Assembly (NCBI GenBank): GCA_963833225.1
Contig: CAWHXD010000019.1
Span: 885,759-949,758, forward strand
DNA length: 64,000 bases
Origin: an uncultured Chloroflexia bacterium
Lineage (GTDB): Bacteria > Chloroflexota > Limnocylindria > Limnocylindrales > CSP1-4
Direction of reading: 5' to 3'
Below the pieces are notes generated by a model. It did no database searches. It was not told the DNA's origin and worked only from the letters and a program-made list of their open reading frames with translations. Numbering within the stretch: position 1 is the first letter of the stretch; every line of letters begins with the position of its first letter. This document shows, in pieces, positions 11,334 to 21,040 of the stretch. A program made the position numbers and the translations under genes.

Positions 11334-12706
11334 CTACCCGAACAGCGCCTCGATCGCGGCGCGGAACACCTCGGTGTGCCGGTCCACGTCCGCCTCGACT
11401 GTCGCCGGCGACATCAGGGCCATGTTGTGGAACGGCGTCATGAGCACGCCCCGGTTCATCGCCCACAGGTGCAGGAACCGCTCCAGCTCCGGGTCCATCG
11501 GCATCGTTGAGCGCGCGTGCCGTTGCGCGGCGGCTCGGGCAGGAAGTGGTACTCCGCCCTGGCCCCGAGCCGCGTGACATGCCATGGGCACGTCGTTCGC
11601 CCGCAGCGACCTCGTTCACGCCGGCCTCGAAGCGCTCGCCAAGCGGGATCATCCGCGCGAACGCCTCCTCGGTGAGCACCTCGGCCAGGGTTGCCCGGAT
11701 CGCCGCCAGCGACAGCGCGTTGCCGGCGAGCGTGCCGCCGATGCCGCCGACGTCGGAGTCCTCGCGCTCGATCGACGCGGAGATTTGGGCCGCCACGTCC
11801 TCGGTGAACCCGTAGGCCGCCGCCGGGATCCCGCCGCCGATCGTCTTGCCGATGGTCAGGAAGTCCGGCTCCAGGCCGTGTGCGCCGCGTGTACCCGCCG
11901 GGCCCGGCGCAGATCGTGTGCGTCTCGTCGTTGATCAGCAGCGTCCCGTAGCGGCGGGTGAGCTCGCGAACCCCCTCGTGGTAGCCGGGCTCGGGCAGCA
12001 CGATCCCGACGTTCGTGAGCGCAGGCTCGAACAGGCAGGCGGCGACGTCGCCCTTGGCCAGCGCCGCGCTCGAGCCCCTCGAGGTCGTTGATCTCGACGA
12101 CCCGGGTCGTCTCCGAGACCGGAACCGGCGCGCCGATGTTGCCCGCCGGTCGACCGCGTCGCCGTCGGGCCCGATCACGGCGAACGTCTCGTCCACGGAG
12201 CCGTGGTAGCAGTGGTTGTGGACCAGGATCTTCGCGCGACCCGTGATGTGGCGGGCCAGCCGGATGACGAAGCGGTTGGCGTCGGTCGCCGTGAGCGTGA
12301 ACTGCCAGTACCGCACGCCGAACCGTCGGCTGCAGCTCATCGCCCGCCGCGATGGCGTCCTCGGTCGGGAGCATGTGGGTGATCCCGCGACGCAGCTGAC
12401 GCTCGACCGCCCGCAGCGTGGCCTCAGGGCCGTGGCCGGCCATGGCGCCGGTGTCGCCCAGGCAGAAGTCGACGTAGTCGTGGCCGTCCACGTCGCGTGA
12501 ACCGTGCGCCCCGAGGCCGACTCCACGAACAGCGGAAGCGCGCCGGCCCACTTGACCATCCAGTTCATCGGCACGCCGTCGAGCAGGGACCCCTTCGCCT
12601 GCTCGAACAGCGCTCGTGACCGCGGGTTGGCGCGCTCGAACGCCGCCAGCTCCTCCGCCATCAGGCGCTCGAGGCGGGAACGGTCGAGGGTCCTGGAGCT
12701 GGCCAT
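11334..12706 (-). CDS. Class III PLP aminotransferase (glutamate-1-semialdehyde aminomutase-like); several frameshifts
   Basis: GVPMNWM, DVDGHDYVDFCLGDTG, YHGSVDE, EPALTN, NDETHT, GKTIGGGIP and GGTLAGN fragments in successive frames. Confidence 0.82.
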
Positions 12707-12805
12707 GATGTGAGGCTCCTTGCCACGGCGCCGGCTCGCTGCCCGCCGTCGATCAGATGATGCCCGGTTGGCGCCAGTCCCGGTCATGCCGTCCCGGACA
12801 TGAGG

Positions 12806-12838
12806 ACGCCCCGGACCGCGGGGGACGGTCCGGGGCGT
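12806..12838 (-). terminator. 13-bp GC stem hairpin after the DUF4397 gene
   Basis: ACGCCCCGGACCG / CGGTCCGGGGCGT perfect inverted repeat 14 nt past the stop; no U-tract. Confidence 0.55.
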
Positions 12839-12852
12839 GGGGAGGGACGAGG

Positions 12853-13665
12853 CTAGTTGACGGAGGCGCGGTTCGTGACGAGGCGGCGCGAGGTCACCAG
12901 GGCCAGGAGGCCGACGCCAGCCACGATGAGCAGCCAGGCGCCCGACGAGCCCGGCGACGTGTCGGTAGCCGGGGCGGCCATGCCGTCAACGCCCACGACG
13001 TAGGTCAGGGGCTCGATGCCGTCGCCGCCCGTGAGGGAGCCGATGGCGAACACGCTGTAGGCCACGCCGCCCTGCAGGTCGAGCGCAGGCAGGTCGACCG
13101 CGTCCGGGCAGACGGTGTTGTCCGAGTTGAGGCAGACCTTGAGGTCGTAGCTGCCGGGGGCGAGCTTGAGGTAGCCCGTGGCGTCCGGGTAGGTGAGGTT
13201 CTCGACGACCTTCGCGCCGCCATCCTGGGTCAGGACGTCAACCGCGGGGGTGTCGGCGGAGAGATGCAGGACGCGGACCTTGGCCTTGCCGTCGACGGCG
13301 TTGCCGTCGGTGAACAGGTCGGCCTTGATGTCGGCGAGCAGATCGGAAGCGGCGATGGTGTACTTCTCGCCGGCGGCGAAGGTGAGGTCGACCGGCCCGA
13401 TCGGGCAGACGGTGTTGTCGGCCGTGGCGCAGACCTTGATCGAGTAGGTGCCGGCCGGGACCTTGACGTAGGAGGTCAGGTCGCCGAAGGAGGCGCCGGA
13501 GAGGGCGTCGACCTTTCCGTCGTTGACGAAGACGTCGACCGACGGGGCGTCCGGGGACGCGTGGAGAACGCGAACCATCGCGTTGGTCGCGGCCGAAACG
13601 GGGATGGCCGCGGTGAGGACCAGGGCGCCGGTGGCGATGAGGCCGGCAAGTCGGGCAGTGCGCAC
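12853..13665 (-). CDS. DUF4397 domain surface protein with C-terminal sorting-like tail
   Basis: Two VRVLHxSxDxPxVDV repeats; signal peptide; APATDT followed by a TM helix and RR. Confidence 0.85.
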   Translation of the reverse strand: MRTARLAGLIATGALVLTAAIPVSAATNAMVRVLHASPDAPSVDVFVNDGKVDALSGASFGDLTSYVKVPAGTYSIKVCATADNTVCPIGPVDLTFAAGEKYTIAASDLLADIKADLFTDGNAVDGKAKVRVLHLSADTPAVDVLTQDGGAKVVENLTYPDATGYLKLAPGSYDLKVCLNSDNTVCPDAVDLPALDLQGGVAYSVFAIGSLTGGDGIEPLTYVVGVDGMAAPATDTSPGSSGAWLLIVAGVGLLALVTSRRLVTNRASVN

Positions 13666-13747
13666 GAGGCAGTCTCCAGGGTGCGGTGTGGGCTTGGCCG
13701 GTCGCTCGGGTGACCGCCGCCGGACCTCTCTTGGTCCGTGCCCTCAG

Positions 13748-13773
13748 TTCGCGCCAGGGTGCCGTGTGGATTG
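13748..13773 (-). promoter_or_regulatory. Putative SigK/ECF19-type promoter
   Basis: CAATCC-N16-CGAA on the minus strand upstream of DUF4397; same architecture as 23254-23279. Confidence 0.5.
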
Positions 13774-13872
13774 GGGGAATCGAAACGGCCGGCCCAGGGG
13801 CCGGCCGCAGATGGTTCGGGCGTGAGGCTCTGAGTGGCTCAGGCCGCGGAACCTGATGTGGTCAGGTGTGGC

Positions 13873-14061
13873 TCAGTTGAGCCTGCGGACGTAGCCGCAG
13901 ATCTCGCAGTGAGCCACGCCGCCGAGCTCGTCGATGACGAGGAAGGAGGTGCAGCCATTGGTGGCGCAGTAGAGGCGATTCGCGTTGACCACTCGACGCC
14001 GCATCCTGCGGATCGAGCTTGCGCGATGCGCCACGGCATTCGTGGTGGCGCGGGTGAGCAT
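13873..14061 (-). CDS. Small basic zinc-ribbon-like protein (62 aa)
   Basis: C-x4-C...C-x2-C pattern; Arg-rich N-terminus; GGAAAGGA RBS upstream. Confidence 0.6.
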   Translation of the reverse strand: MLTRATTNAVAHRASSIRRMRRRVVNANRLYCATNGCTSFLVIDELGGVAHCEICGYVRRLN

Positions 14062-14228
14062 GAGACGAGTGTTCCTTTCCGGGCTCCGTCGTGTTGAGAC
14101 GGGCCTGCCTCCGCTCCAACGGCCGTGACATTCGGGGGCCGGAGCGGTGTGATGTTGAGCCCGGTGCGGCGACGGGATGCGCGTGATGGGCGCCGGCCTC
14201 GCGGCCGCGTGCGTCGGGCGATGGATGA

Positions 14229-14257
14229 ATCATGGGGTGAACAGGCGTTCCTGTCAA
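14229..14257 (-). promoter_or_regulatory. Sigma70-type promoter for the 62-aa ORF
   Basis: TTGACA-N17-CATGAT on the minus strand. Confidence 0.6.
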
Positions 14258-14500
14258 CTGCCCCAATCGGGGCAGGACCCCACCGGGCGGATTGGGGGTC
14301 GCCTGGCGCTCGATTCCGCGACCCCACGGCGGGACGCCCGCAGCCAACCGCGTCCCGATCGGATGCCATACTGAGAAGCACGGGTCGCCCCGCTGCCTCG
14401 TCCCCGGCAGGCGGGCACGGCCGGCGTCCATGAGCGGCGTGGCGAGGGACCGCCGCTCGCTGGGTCTCGACAGTGGTGTGTGACAAGGGAGGAGTCTGGC

Positions 14501-15916
14501 GTGCGGCGTCCACGGCACATCGAGGCGGCCGTCCTTGCGGTCGCCATTCTGGCGGGCTGCGGTGGCACAACCGACCTCGCGGCCCCATCGGCACCACCGG
14601 TCTCCACGGCTCCGGCCACGGTGGCCGCTCCGACACCCTCGGATACCAGTCAGCCAACAGCCGCAGCCACCCCCGCTCCGATCGCAACGCCTGTGCCCGC
14701 ATGGCGCGACTACCCCGTGCCCGACGCCCGGCGCGCGACGGTCGAGGCCGTCGGCGCCGACGGGACGGTCTACCTGGCGACGTTCGCGGACACGACGGGC
14801 CTGGACGAGACGGACGTCCAGCTCATCGCGCTGGGACCCGACGGTGTGCCGAGGGCCGACTGGAGCTCACCGACGATCCCTCCCGGCTCCGTCATCGCGG
14901 CGGCGCGAGCTGCGGCTGACGGCAGCCTGTACGTGGTCCTCGGGCCGGATCAGTTCGCCGAGAACCTGGAAGCGCCGTCACTGACGGTCATGCGCCTGGA
15001 CAGCGATGGCTCGGTGGCGCCCGGCTGGCCTGTCCGTATCGACAGCGCGTCCCTGACCTCGGGGCCTGTCCTGGTCTGGGACGAGCTTTGCTTCGCCTGG
15101 GCGCCGGCACGCAACGAGGCCACGGTCGAGTGCCTGGCTGCGGACGGGTCTCGCCCTGCCGGCTGGCCGCTGGTGTTCGACGCCAACGCGCTGGTCGGGC
15201 CGAGCCCCGCACCCGACGGGCCGCTGTACCTGTCCACGTACCAGATCTCGATTGCGGCCGGGCCCACCTTCGGGTCGGCGACGATCGACGCGTATGGTTC
15301 GGATGGCCGCCTGGTGAGTGGCTGGCAGTCATATCAGGCGCCCAAGAAACAGATCTCCTACGTGGCCCCGGTCGCGGGCGGCTTGCTCGAGCTGCGCTAC
15401 GACGCCGGACTGATGTCCGGCCAGGTGACCCTGACCTGGCGCAACAGCGACGGCACCCCGTCGGGGCCGACCGCCAGGGGCCCCAAGGGCGACCTGTACC
15501 CGACACTCACGGTCGGCTCGGACGGCACGCCGTACGTCGCCTACGGCAACGGTGGGTGGGCTACGACCGACGGCGCCGTTGCGAATGCGGGCCGCGGGAT
15601 CGTCGTCGCCTACGGGATGGACGGCAAGCCCAAGCCCGGCTGGCCGGTGTCGTTCAAGGGCTGGCCGCAGAACGGCTCGGGGATCGACCCGCTGCCGGTC
15701 GGCCCGGATGGGTCGGTGTGGGTCGTGGAGCGGATGAACGGTTTCGGAGCTGTGGTCCACCACCTGGGCCCGGATGGAACCGAGCTTCTCGGCAAGCCGC
15801 TGGCGCTCACCGGCGACTTCTTCATGTTCGCCGTGACCGGGCCAGACGGAACGCTCTACACGACCGACCGTTCCGATGGGACGACGAAGGTCATCGCCGT
15901 CAAGGCGCGCGGCTGA
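14501..15916 (+). CDS. Lipoprotein with Pro/Thr linker and beta-propeller-like DG-x3-(P/A)GWP repeats
   Basis: GGAGGAG RBS, lipobox LAGC; repeats DGSVAPGWPV, DGSRPAGWPL, DGRLVSGWQ, DGKPKPGWPV. Confidence 0.7.
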   Translation: MRRPRHIEAAVLAVAILAGCGGTTDLAAPSAPPVSTAPATVAAPTPSDTSQPTAAATPAPIATPVPAWRDYPVPDARRATVEAVGADGTVYLATFADTTGLDETDVQLIALGPDGVPRADWSSPTIPPGSVIAAARAAADGSLYVVLGPDQFAENLEAPSLTVMRLDSDGSVAPGWPVRIDSASLTSGPVLVWDELCFAWAPARNEATVECLAADGSRPAGWPLVFDANALVGPSPAPDGPLYLSTYQISIAAGPTFGSATIDAYGSDGRLVSGWQSYQAPKKQISYVAPVAGGLLELRYDAGLMSGQVTLTWRNSDGTPSGPTARGPKGDLYPTLTVGSDGTPYVAYGNGGWATTDGAVANAGRGIVVAYGMDGKPKPGWPVSFKGWPQNGSGIDPLPVGPDGSVWVVERMNGFGAVVHHLGPDGTELLGKPLALTGDFFMFAVTGPDGTLYTTDRSDGTTKVIAVKARG

Positions 15917-16023
15917 CACGGATCGGCGGGCGCCAGGAACCCTCGGCCACCCGGCTCCGTCTGGGCGGGGATGGTTTGGCGTGTCAGCCACCGTCCCTGA
16001 CCCGTCCCGACAAGGTGACCCCC

Positions 16024-16839
16024 ATGCGCCTCCTGCCCATCGCGACGCTCTCGCTGGTCGCGCTCCTGCTGGCCGCGGCCTGCGCCTCGGGCGGCGGGGG
16101 AGCGACGGCCGAGCCCACCAGCCCGCAGGCCTCCGCAGCTCCGGCCGGCGATGCCCCCAACGACGCGGACCTCGAGGGTCGCACGTTCATCGTCACCCAC
16201 GCCGATGGTCACGCGATCGTTCCCGGTTCCGAGATCAGCTTCACCTTCGCGCGCGGTCAGCTCGGGATCAGCGCGGGCTGCAACCAGATGGGCGGCGCGT
16301 TCCAGGTCCGGGACGGCGTGCTCAGCGTGGGCGACATGATGATGACGGAGATGGGCTGTGAGGAGCCGCTCATGGCCCAGGACGGCTGGATCAGCGCGTT
16401 CGTCGGCGGGGCCGCCTTGATGCTCCACGGAGACACGCTCACCCTGACCCGGGACGGAACCACGCTCACCGCCATGGATCGGTCCGTCGTGAAGCCGGAT
16501 CTCCCGATCGAGGGCACCACCTGGGTCGTGGACGGCCTGATCGTCGACCGGGCGGTCTCCTCGATGCCCGTCGGCGTCACGGCGATGCTGCAGTTCGCCG
16601 CCGGCAAGGTCGATGTCGATGCCGGCTGCAACAAGGGCGCTGGCACGGCGGAGATCAGTGAGACGGCGATCACCTTCGGGCCGATCGCCACCACGAAGAT
16701 GGCCTGTGGGGACGTGGCGATGGCCGTCGAGATGCACGTGCTCCGGGTGCTCCAGGGCGATGTCGCCTGGACGATCGACGGTGACTCGCTCACGCTGCTG
16801 GGCGCCGGCGGCGGCCTCACGGCGAACGGCGGATCCTGA
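16024..16839 (+). CDS. META (HslJ-like) domain lipoprotein with two META domains
   Basis: Lipobox AAAC; AGCN...TEMGC and AGCN...TKMAC. Confidence 0.85.
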   Translation: MRLLPIATLSLVALLLAAACASGGGGATAEPTSPQASAAPAGDAPNDADLEGRTFIVTHADGHAIVPGSEISFTFARGQLGISAGCNQMGGAFQVRDGVLSVGDMMMTEMGCEEPLMAQDGWISAFVGGAALMLHGDTLTLTRDGTTLTAMDRSVVKPDLPIEGTTWVVDGLIVDRAVSSMPVGVTAMLQFAAGKVDVDAGCNKGAGTAEISETAITFGPIATTKMACGDVAMAVEMHVLRVLQGDVAWTIDGDSLTLLGAGGGLTANGGS

Positions 16840-16842
16840 CCG

Positions 16843-18405
16843 TCAGACCTCCGGCGGGTACCCCGTGATCCGCCGGATCTCCTCGTACAGGGGCTTCAGC
16901 CGCTGGTACAGCCGCAGGTACACGTTGCGGTAGAGGTCCTCGTACAGCGCGTGCGCCGCCGGGTCCGGGTCACGGGTCTCGGCGACGCGGGTCATCGCCG
17001 CCACGGCCGCCTCGAACGAGGGGTGGATTCCCAGGCCGACGGCCGCGTCGATCGCGGCGCCCAGGCCCGAGGTCTCGTGCGTGTGCGGCTGCATCGCCGG
17101 CAGCCCGAAGATGTCCGCGGTGAGCTGGACGGCGGCCGGGCTCTGTGATCCGCCGCCCGAGACGCGGATCTCGGTCACGGGCACCTTCGTCCGCTTCATC
17201 GTCCGCTCCATGCCCTCCCGCAGCGCGTAGGCGAGGCCCTCGAGGATCGCGCGGTAGAGATGCGCCCGGGTGTGGACATCCCCCCAGCCGATGACGGCGC
17301 CCTTCGCCTCGGGTCCGGGAACCCGCACGCCGGGCGACCAGTACGGCTGGAGCACGAGGCCCATGGACCCCGGCGGCGTGGCGGCCACGAGCTCGTCGAA
17401 CAGCGGTTCCACGTCCACGCCAAGCTCCCGGGCCCGGGCCACCTCGGCCGCCCCGAACTCCCGCCGGAACCACTCGATCATCCAGTAGCCGCGGAAGACC
17501 TGGATCTCGAGCGAGTAGGCATCGGGGACGGCGGCCGGATAGGGCGGCACGACCGGGACGACCTCGACGTAGCGGCGGTGGGTCGTGTTGAACGTCGCGG
17601 TCGTGCCCAGCGAGATCGCGCCGACGTGCGGGTCGAGGGCCCCCGATCCGAGGACCTCGCAGGCCTTGTCGCCGGCGGCGGCGATCAGCGGCAGGCCGGC
17701 CGGGATGCCGGTCGCCCCCGCGGCAGCCTCGCTGATGACGCCCAGCCGATCGCCGGGTGGCACGAGCTCCGGGAGCCAGTCTCGCTCGATGGGGATGGCG
17801 AGCCACTTCCAGTCACCCGGCGCGGCCCAGGTGAGCGCCCTGTAGTCGAAGGGGATGTAGCCCACCTGCGCCGCCACGGAGTCCCGGAACTCGCCGGTGA
17901 GGCGATGGACGAGGAACCCGGACAGGAACAGGTAGTGGCGGACGGCGCTCCAGGTCTCGGGCTCCTGTCGCGAGAGGACGTTGGCCTCGGCCTCGGCCAT
18001 GAACGTGGCCACCGTCTCCGTCACCCGGGCGGCCCTGAACATGAGGCCCCACCTGCCGCCGATCCGGGGCAGGCCCTCGGCGCGGCAGCGGTCCAGCCAC
18101 ACCATCGCGCGTCGCAGCGGATCACCATGCTCATCTGTGAGCACGATGGTCCCGCGCTGCGTGGTGAGGGCGACGCCGGCGAGCGCGTCGCGACGGCCCT
18201 CTGGCTGCTCCCAGAGCCGGTGGCAGGCCTCGCCGATCGCCCGCCAGTACAGGTTCGCGTCCTGCTCGCAGCAACCGGGAGGCCCGGGAACGTACGGCTC
18301 GATCGGCACCTTCGCGGTGGCCAGCAGGTTCCCGGCCGGGTCAACGACCATCGCCCGGACGCTCTGCGTCCCGACATCGATGGCGAGCACCCGGTCCGCG
18401 CTCAT
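16843..18405 (-). CDS. FGGY-family carbohydrate kinase
   Basis: LAIDVGTQSVRA, WLD-x-CR, GDKACE and SGGGSQS motifs. Confidence 0.9.
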   Translation of the reverse strand: MSADRVLAIDVGTQSVRAMVVDPAGNLLATAKVPIEPYVPGPPGCCEQDANLYWRAIGEACHRLWEQPEGRRDALAGVALTTQRGTIVLTDEHGDPLRRAMVWLDRCRAEGLPRIGGRWGLMFRAARVTETVATFMAEAEANVLSRQEPETWSAVRHYLFLSGFLVHRLTGEFRDSVAAQVGYIPFDYRALTWAAPGDWKWLAIPIERDWLPELVPPGDRLGVISEAAAGATGIPAGLPLIAAAGDKACEVLGSGALDPHVGAISLGTTATFNTTHRRYVEVVPVVPPYPAAVPDAYSLEIQVFRGYWMIEWFRREFGAAEVARARELGVDVEPLFDELVAATPPGSMGLVLQPYWSPGVRVPGPEAKGAVIGWGDVHTRAHLYRAILEGLAYALREGMERTMKRTKVPVTEIRVSGGGSQSPAAVQLTADIFGLPAMQPHTHETSGLGAAIDAAVGLGIHPSFEAAVAAMTRVAETRDPDPAAHALYEDLYRNVYLRLYQRLKPLYEEIRRITGYPPEV

Positions 18406-18430
18406 CGCCCGCTCATCGCGCTCAGCCGGC

Positions 18431-20038
18431 TCATGCGTGCCGGTCCGAGAGCAGCACGCCCGGGTTCATCATCCCGTCGGGGTCGAAGGTGCGGACCAGC
18501 GCCTCGAGCGCGGCCATCCCCAGCGGTCCCTTCTCGGCCACCAGGTACGGCGCGTTGTCCGTGCCCACGCCGTGATGATGGCTGATCGTGGCGCCCTCGG
18601 CCGAGATCACGGTCGACGCGGCCCGCTTGATCGCCCGCCAGCGCTCGGCCGTCTCGTCCGGGTCCGGCGCGAGCCGGAACAGGAACGTCAGGTAGAGGCT
18701 GGACCCCGACGGGTAGAGGTGGGACAGGTGGGTGAACACGTGGACCTTCTCGCCGACCGGGTCGAGGGCAGCGGCAATGGCCGATTCGAGCCGGGCGAGG
18801 AGGCCTGGCACCCGCGACCAGTCGGTCGCCGTCTCCAGGGTGTCCGAGCCGTAGCCCAGGGACCACAGCGCGTTTCGCAGGTACGGCGAGCGGAAGCGCG
18901 TCCTGGCCCACGTCCGGGCGAGGGCGGGGATCCCCGTGCCGCCGTGCGCGCCGATGATCGAGCGGGCCTCGGCTCGCGCGGCCCCGGCGACGCGCTTCCG
19001 GCCGGCGACACCCACGAGGAGGAGCGACCAGTCCGCCGGCTGGCGTCGCATCCGCAGGTAGCTCCGCAGGGCACGGATCTGCGCCGGCCGGTCGGCAAAC
19101 GCGAGCAGCGTGCGGCTCTCGGCCGGCGTCGACAGGCGCAGCACCGAGAGACCGGCCCGGGCCTGGGCGATCGCACGCGCGCAGGCCTCGCCTGCCTCCC
19201 AGCCCGGAAGCGCGTAGGCCTCGAGGCGATCCACCTCCGGGAGCGGCATCGTGCGCAGGATCACGTCCGTGAGGATCCCGAGACGCCCTTCCGACCCGAG
19301 CACCAGCTGCCGCAGGTCCGGGCCGGCGGCCGAAGCGGGGTAGGGCGGCAGATCCAGCGTCCCGGCCGGTGCCTCGAGCGTGCCGCCCGCGAACAGCTGC
19401 TCGATCCGTCCGGCGCCGATGCTCCGGAGGCCGGAGCCGCGAGCCGCGACCCAGCCGCCCACGGTCGCCAGCTCGAACGACTGCGGCTCGTGGCCAACGG
19501 TGAGCCCCCGTTCGGCGAGAGAGGCCGCGAGATCCGGGCCGGTGACCCCCGCGCCGGTCGTGACCAGGCCGCTCCGCTCGTCCAGGGAGCGAATGTCGTT
19601 GAGGCCCCCCACGTCGACCGTGATGAGCGGATCGGGCGATGGCCGGGTGCTGACGCCGCCGACCACGCTGGTGCCACCGCCGTACGGGATCAGCCGGGCA
19701 CCCACGGCCTTCGCGTGGTCGATGAGCCTGCGGACGTCGTCGTTGGCGGCGGGCCGGGCGACGGCATCGGGCACCGCTGACAGGCGGCCGGATCGCAGCT
19801 CGATCAGGTCCGGGAACGACTGGCCACGGGCACGGCGGACGCGCAGCTCGGGATCGCTGTCGAGGAGGCCGCCGAGCGCATCGCCCAGTCGCGAGGCCGG
19901 GACACGCGCCACCACGTCGGAGAGCGTGGCATCCCGCGGCGCCGTCGCCGGGCCCACCAGCCCCTCGAGGAACCGGCGCGGCGACGACCCCACGCGAGTG
20001 TCGTCCGCCTCGTCGCCCCAGCCGTTCCAGCGCCGCAT
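18431..20038 (-). CDS. FAD-binding oxidoreductase, alkyl-DHAP synthase-like
   Basis: MRRWNGWG, PYGGGTSVVGG, HEPQSFE, GSEGRLG and ISHHHGVG motifs. Confidence 0.88.
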   Translation of the reverse strand: MRRWNGWGDEADDTRVGSSPRRFLEGLVGPATAPRDATLSDVVARVPASRLGDALGGLLDSDPELRVRRARGQSFPDLIELRSGRLSAVPDAVARPAANDDVRRLIDHAKAVGARLIPYGGGTSVVGGVSTRPSPDPLITVDVGGLNDIRSLDERSGLVTTGAGVTGPDLAASLAERGLTVGHEPQSFELATVGGWVAARGSGLRSIGAGRIEQLFAGGTLEAPAGTLDLPPYPASAAGPDLRQLVLGSEGRLGILTDVILRTMPLPEVDRLEAYALPGWEAGEACARAIAQARAGLSVLRLSTPAESRTLLAFADRPAQIRALRSYLRMRRQPADWSLLLVGVAGRKRVAGAARAEARSIIGAHGGTGIPALARTWARTRFRSPYLRNALWSLGYGSDTLETATDWSRVPGLLARLESAIAAALDPVGEKVHVFTHLSHLYPSGSSLYLTFLFRLAPDPDETAERWRAIKRAASTVISAEGATISHHHGVGTDNAPYLVAEKGPLGMAALEALVRTFDPDGMMNPGVLLSDRHA

Positions 20039-20141
20039 GCGCCAATCGTGCCCCAACGCGAGCCGCCGCGGGCGGCGTGCGCGTGGATGATCGCCCCAGG
20101 CTGGCGCCCGCGCGGATGACCGCCCCGGCTGAAGCCCCGCC

Positions 20142-21023
20142 TCAGACCGGGGGCCAGGGCAGCGCCGGACGCCGGGGATCGGGGTGGGGGAACACGCCCG
20201 CGGCGAGCAGCCCATCGATCCGTCGAGCCGTCGCAGTAACCTCGATCCGGTCCAGGAGCCCGCGCAGCTCCTGCCCGAGCTCCCCGTCCAGCCCTGTCCG
20301 GAGCGCGCGCAGGACGAGGGCCTCGGCCTCCGAGAACGGCTGCCCGCGCCACGCCCAGAGCACGGTCCGCAGCTTGGGAACGGGCGAGAAGGTGACGCCG
20401 TGGTCCACGCCATACACGTGGCCACCCGGGACAGGGATGAGGTGCCCGGCCTTGCGATCGGTGTTGTTGACCGCGGCGTCGAAGACGGCCATGGGCCGCA
20501 GGCGAGGATCCTCCTCGACCACCAGCGCCACGGGATCGACGTCCGGGTCGGCCCGGATCCAGAGCTGGACCATCCCCTGGCCAAAGGGGCCGTCGCGCAG
20601 CACGGTCGGCGGCACGAGGTCCCAGCCGCTGGCCCGGGACACCGCGAACGCGGCCACCTCCCGGCGTGCGAGGGTGGCATCGGGGAAGTCGCCCAGGGGT
20701 CGCTCGCCCATGACCGGCTTGTAGATGCAGGCGGCCTCGAGGCCAACGGCCCTGGCCACGCACAGCATCGCGTTGTTGGTGGACGCCCACAGCCGGCCGA
20801 CCAGCTCCAGCTCGCCCTGCCCGACGAGCGCGAGGGCCTCCTCGGTCCCCAGCACCGGCATCGGTAGCCCGAGATCCTCGACGGACGCGGCCTCCTCGCC
20901 GGGATCGTCGTCGCCCCCGGCATCGGTGGGCAGGATCTCCTCGCCCTCGTCCACCTCGGCCGCGATCTCGGCCAGGATCTCGGCCTCGAGACCCTCGCCT
21001 TCGGGGTCGTCTGGGTTGGGCAC
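20142..21023 (-). CDS. SCO1664 family (PI3/4-kinase-like fold) protein
   Basis: IYKPVMGERPLGDFPD, REVAA and NNTDRKAGH...VDHG motifs; start inferred at GTG 21023. Confidence 0.85.
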   Translation of the reverse strand: MPNPDDPEGEGLEAEILAEIAAEVDEGEEILPTDAGGDDDPGEEAASVEDLGLPMPVLGTEEALALVGQGELELVGRLWASTNNAMLCVARAVGLEAACIYKPVMGERPLGDFPDATLARREVAAFAVSRASGWDLVPPTVLRDGPFGQGMVQLWIRADPDVDPVALVVEEDPRLRPMAVFDAAVNNTDRKAGHLIPVPGGHVYGVDHGVTFSPVPKLRTVLWAWRGQPFSEAEALVLRALRTGLDGELGQELRGLLDRIEVTATARRIDGLLAAGVFPHPDPRRPALPWPPV

Positions 21024-21040
21024 GGGACGCCGGTCCGCCG

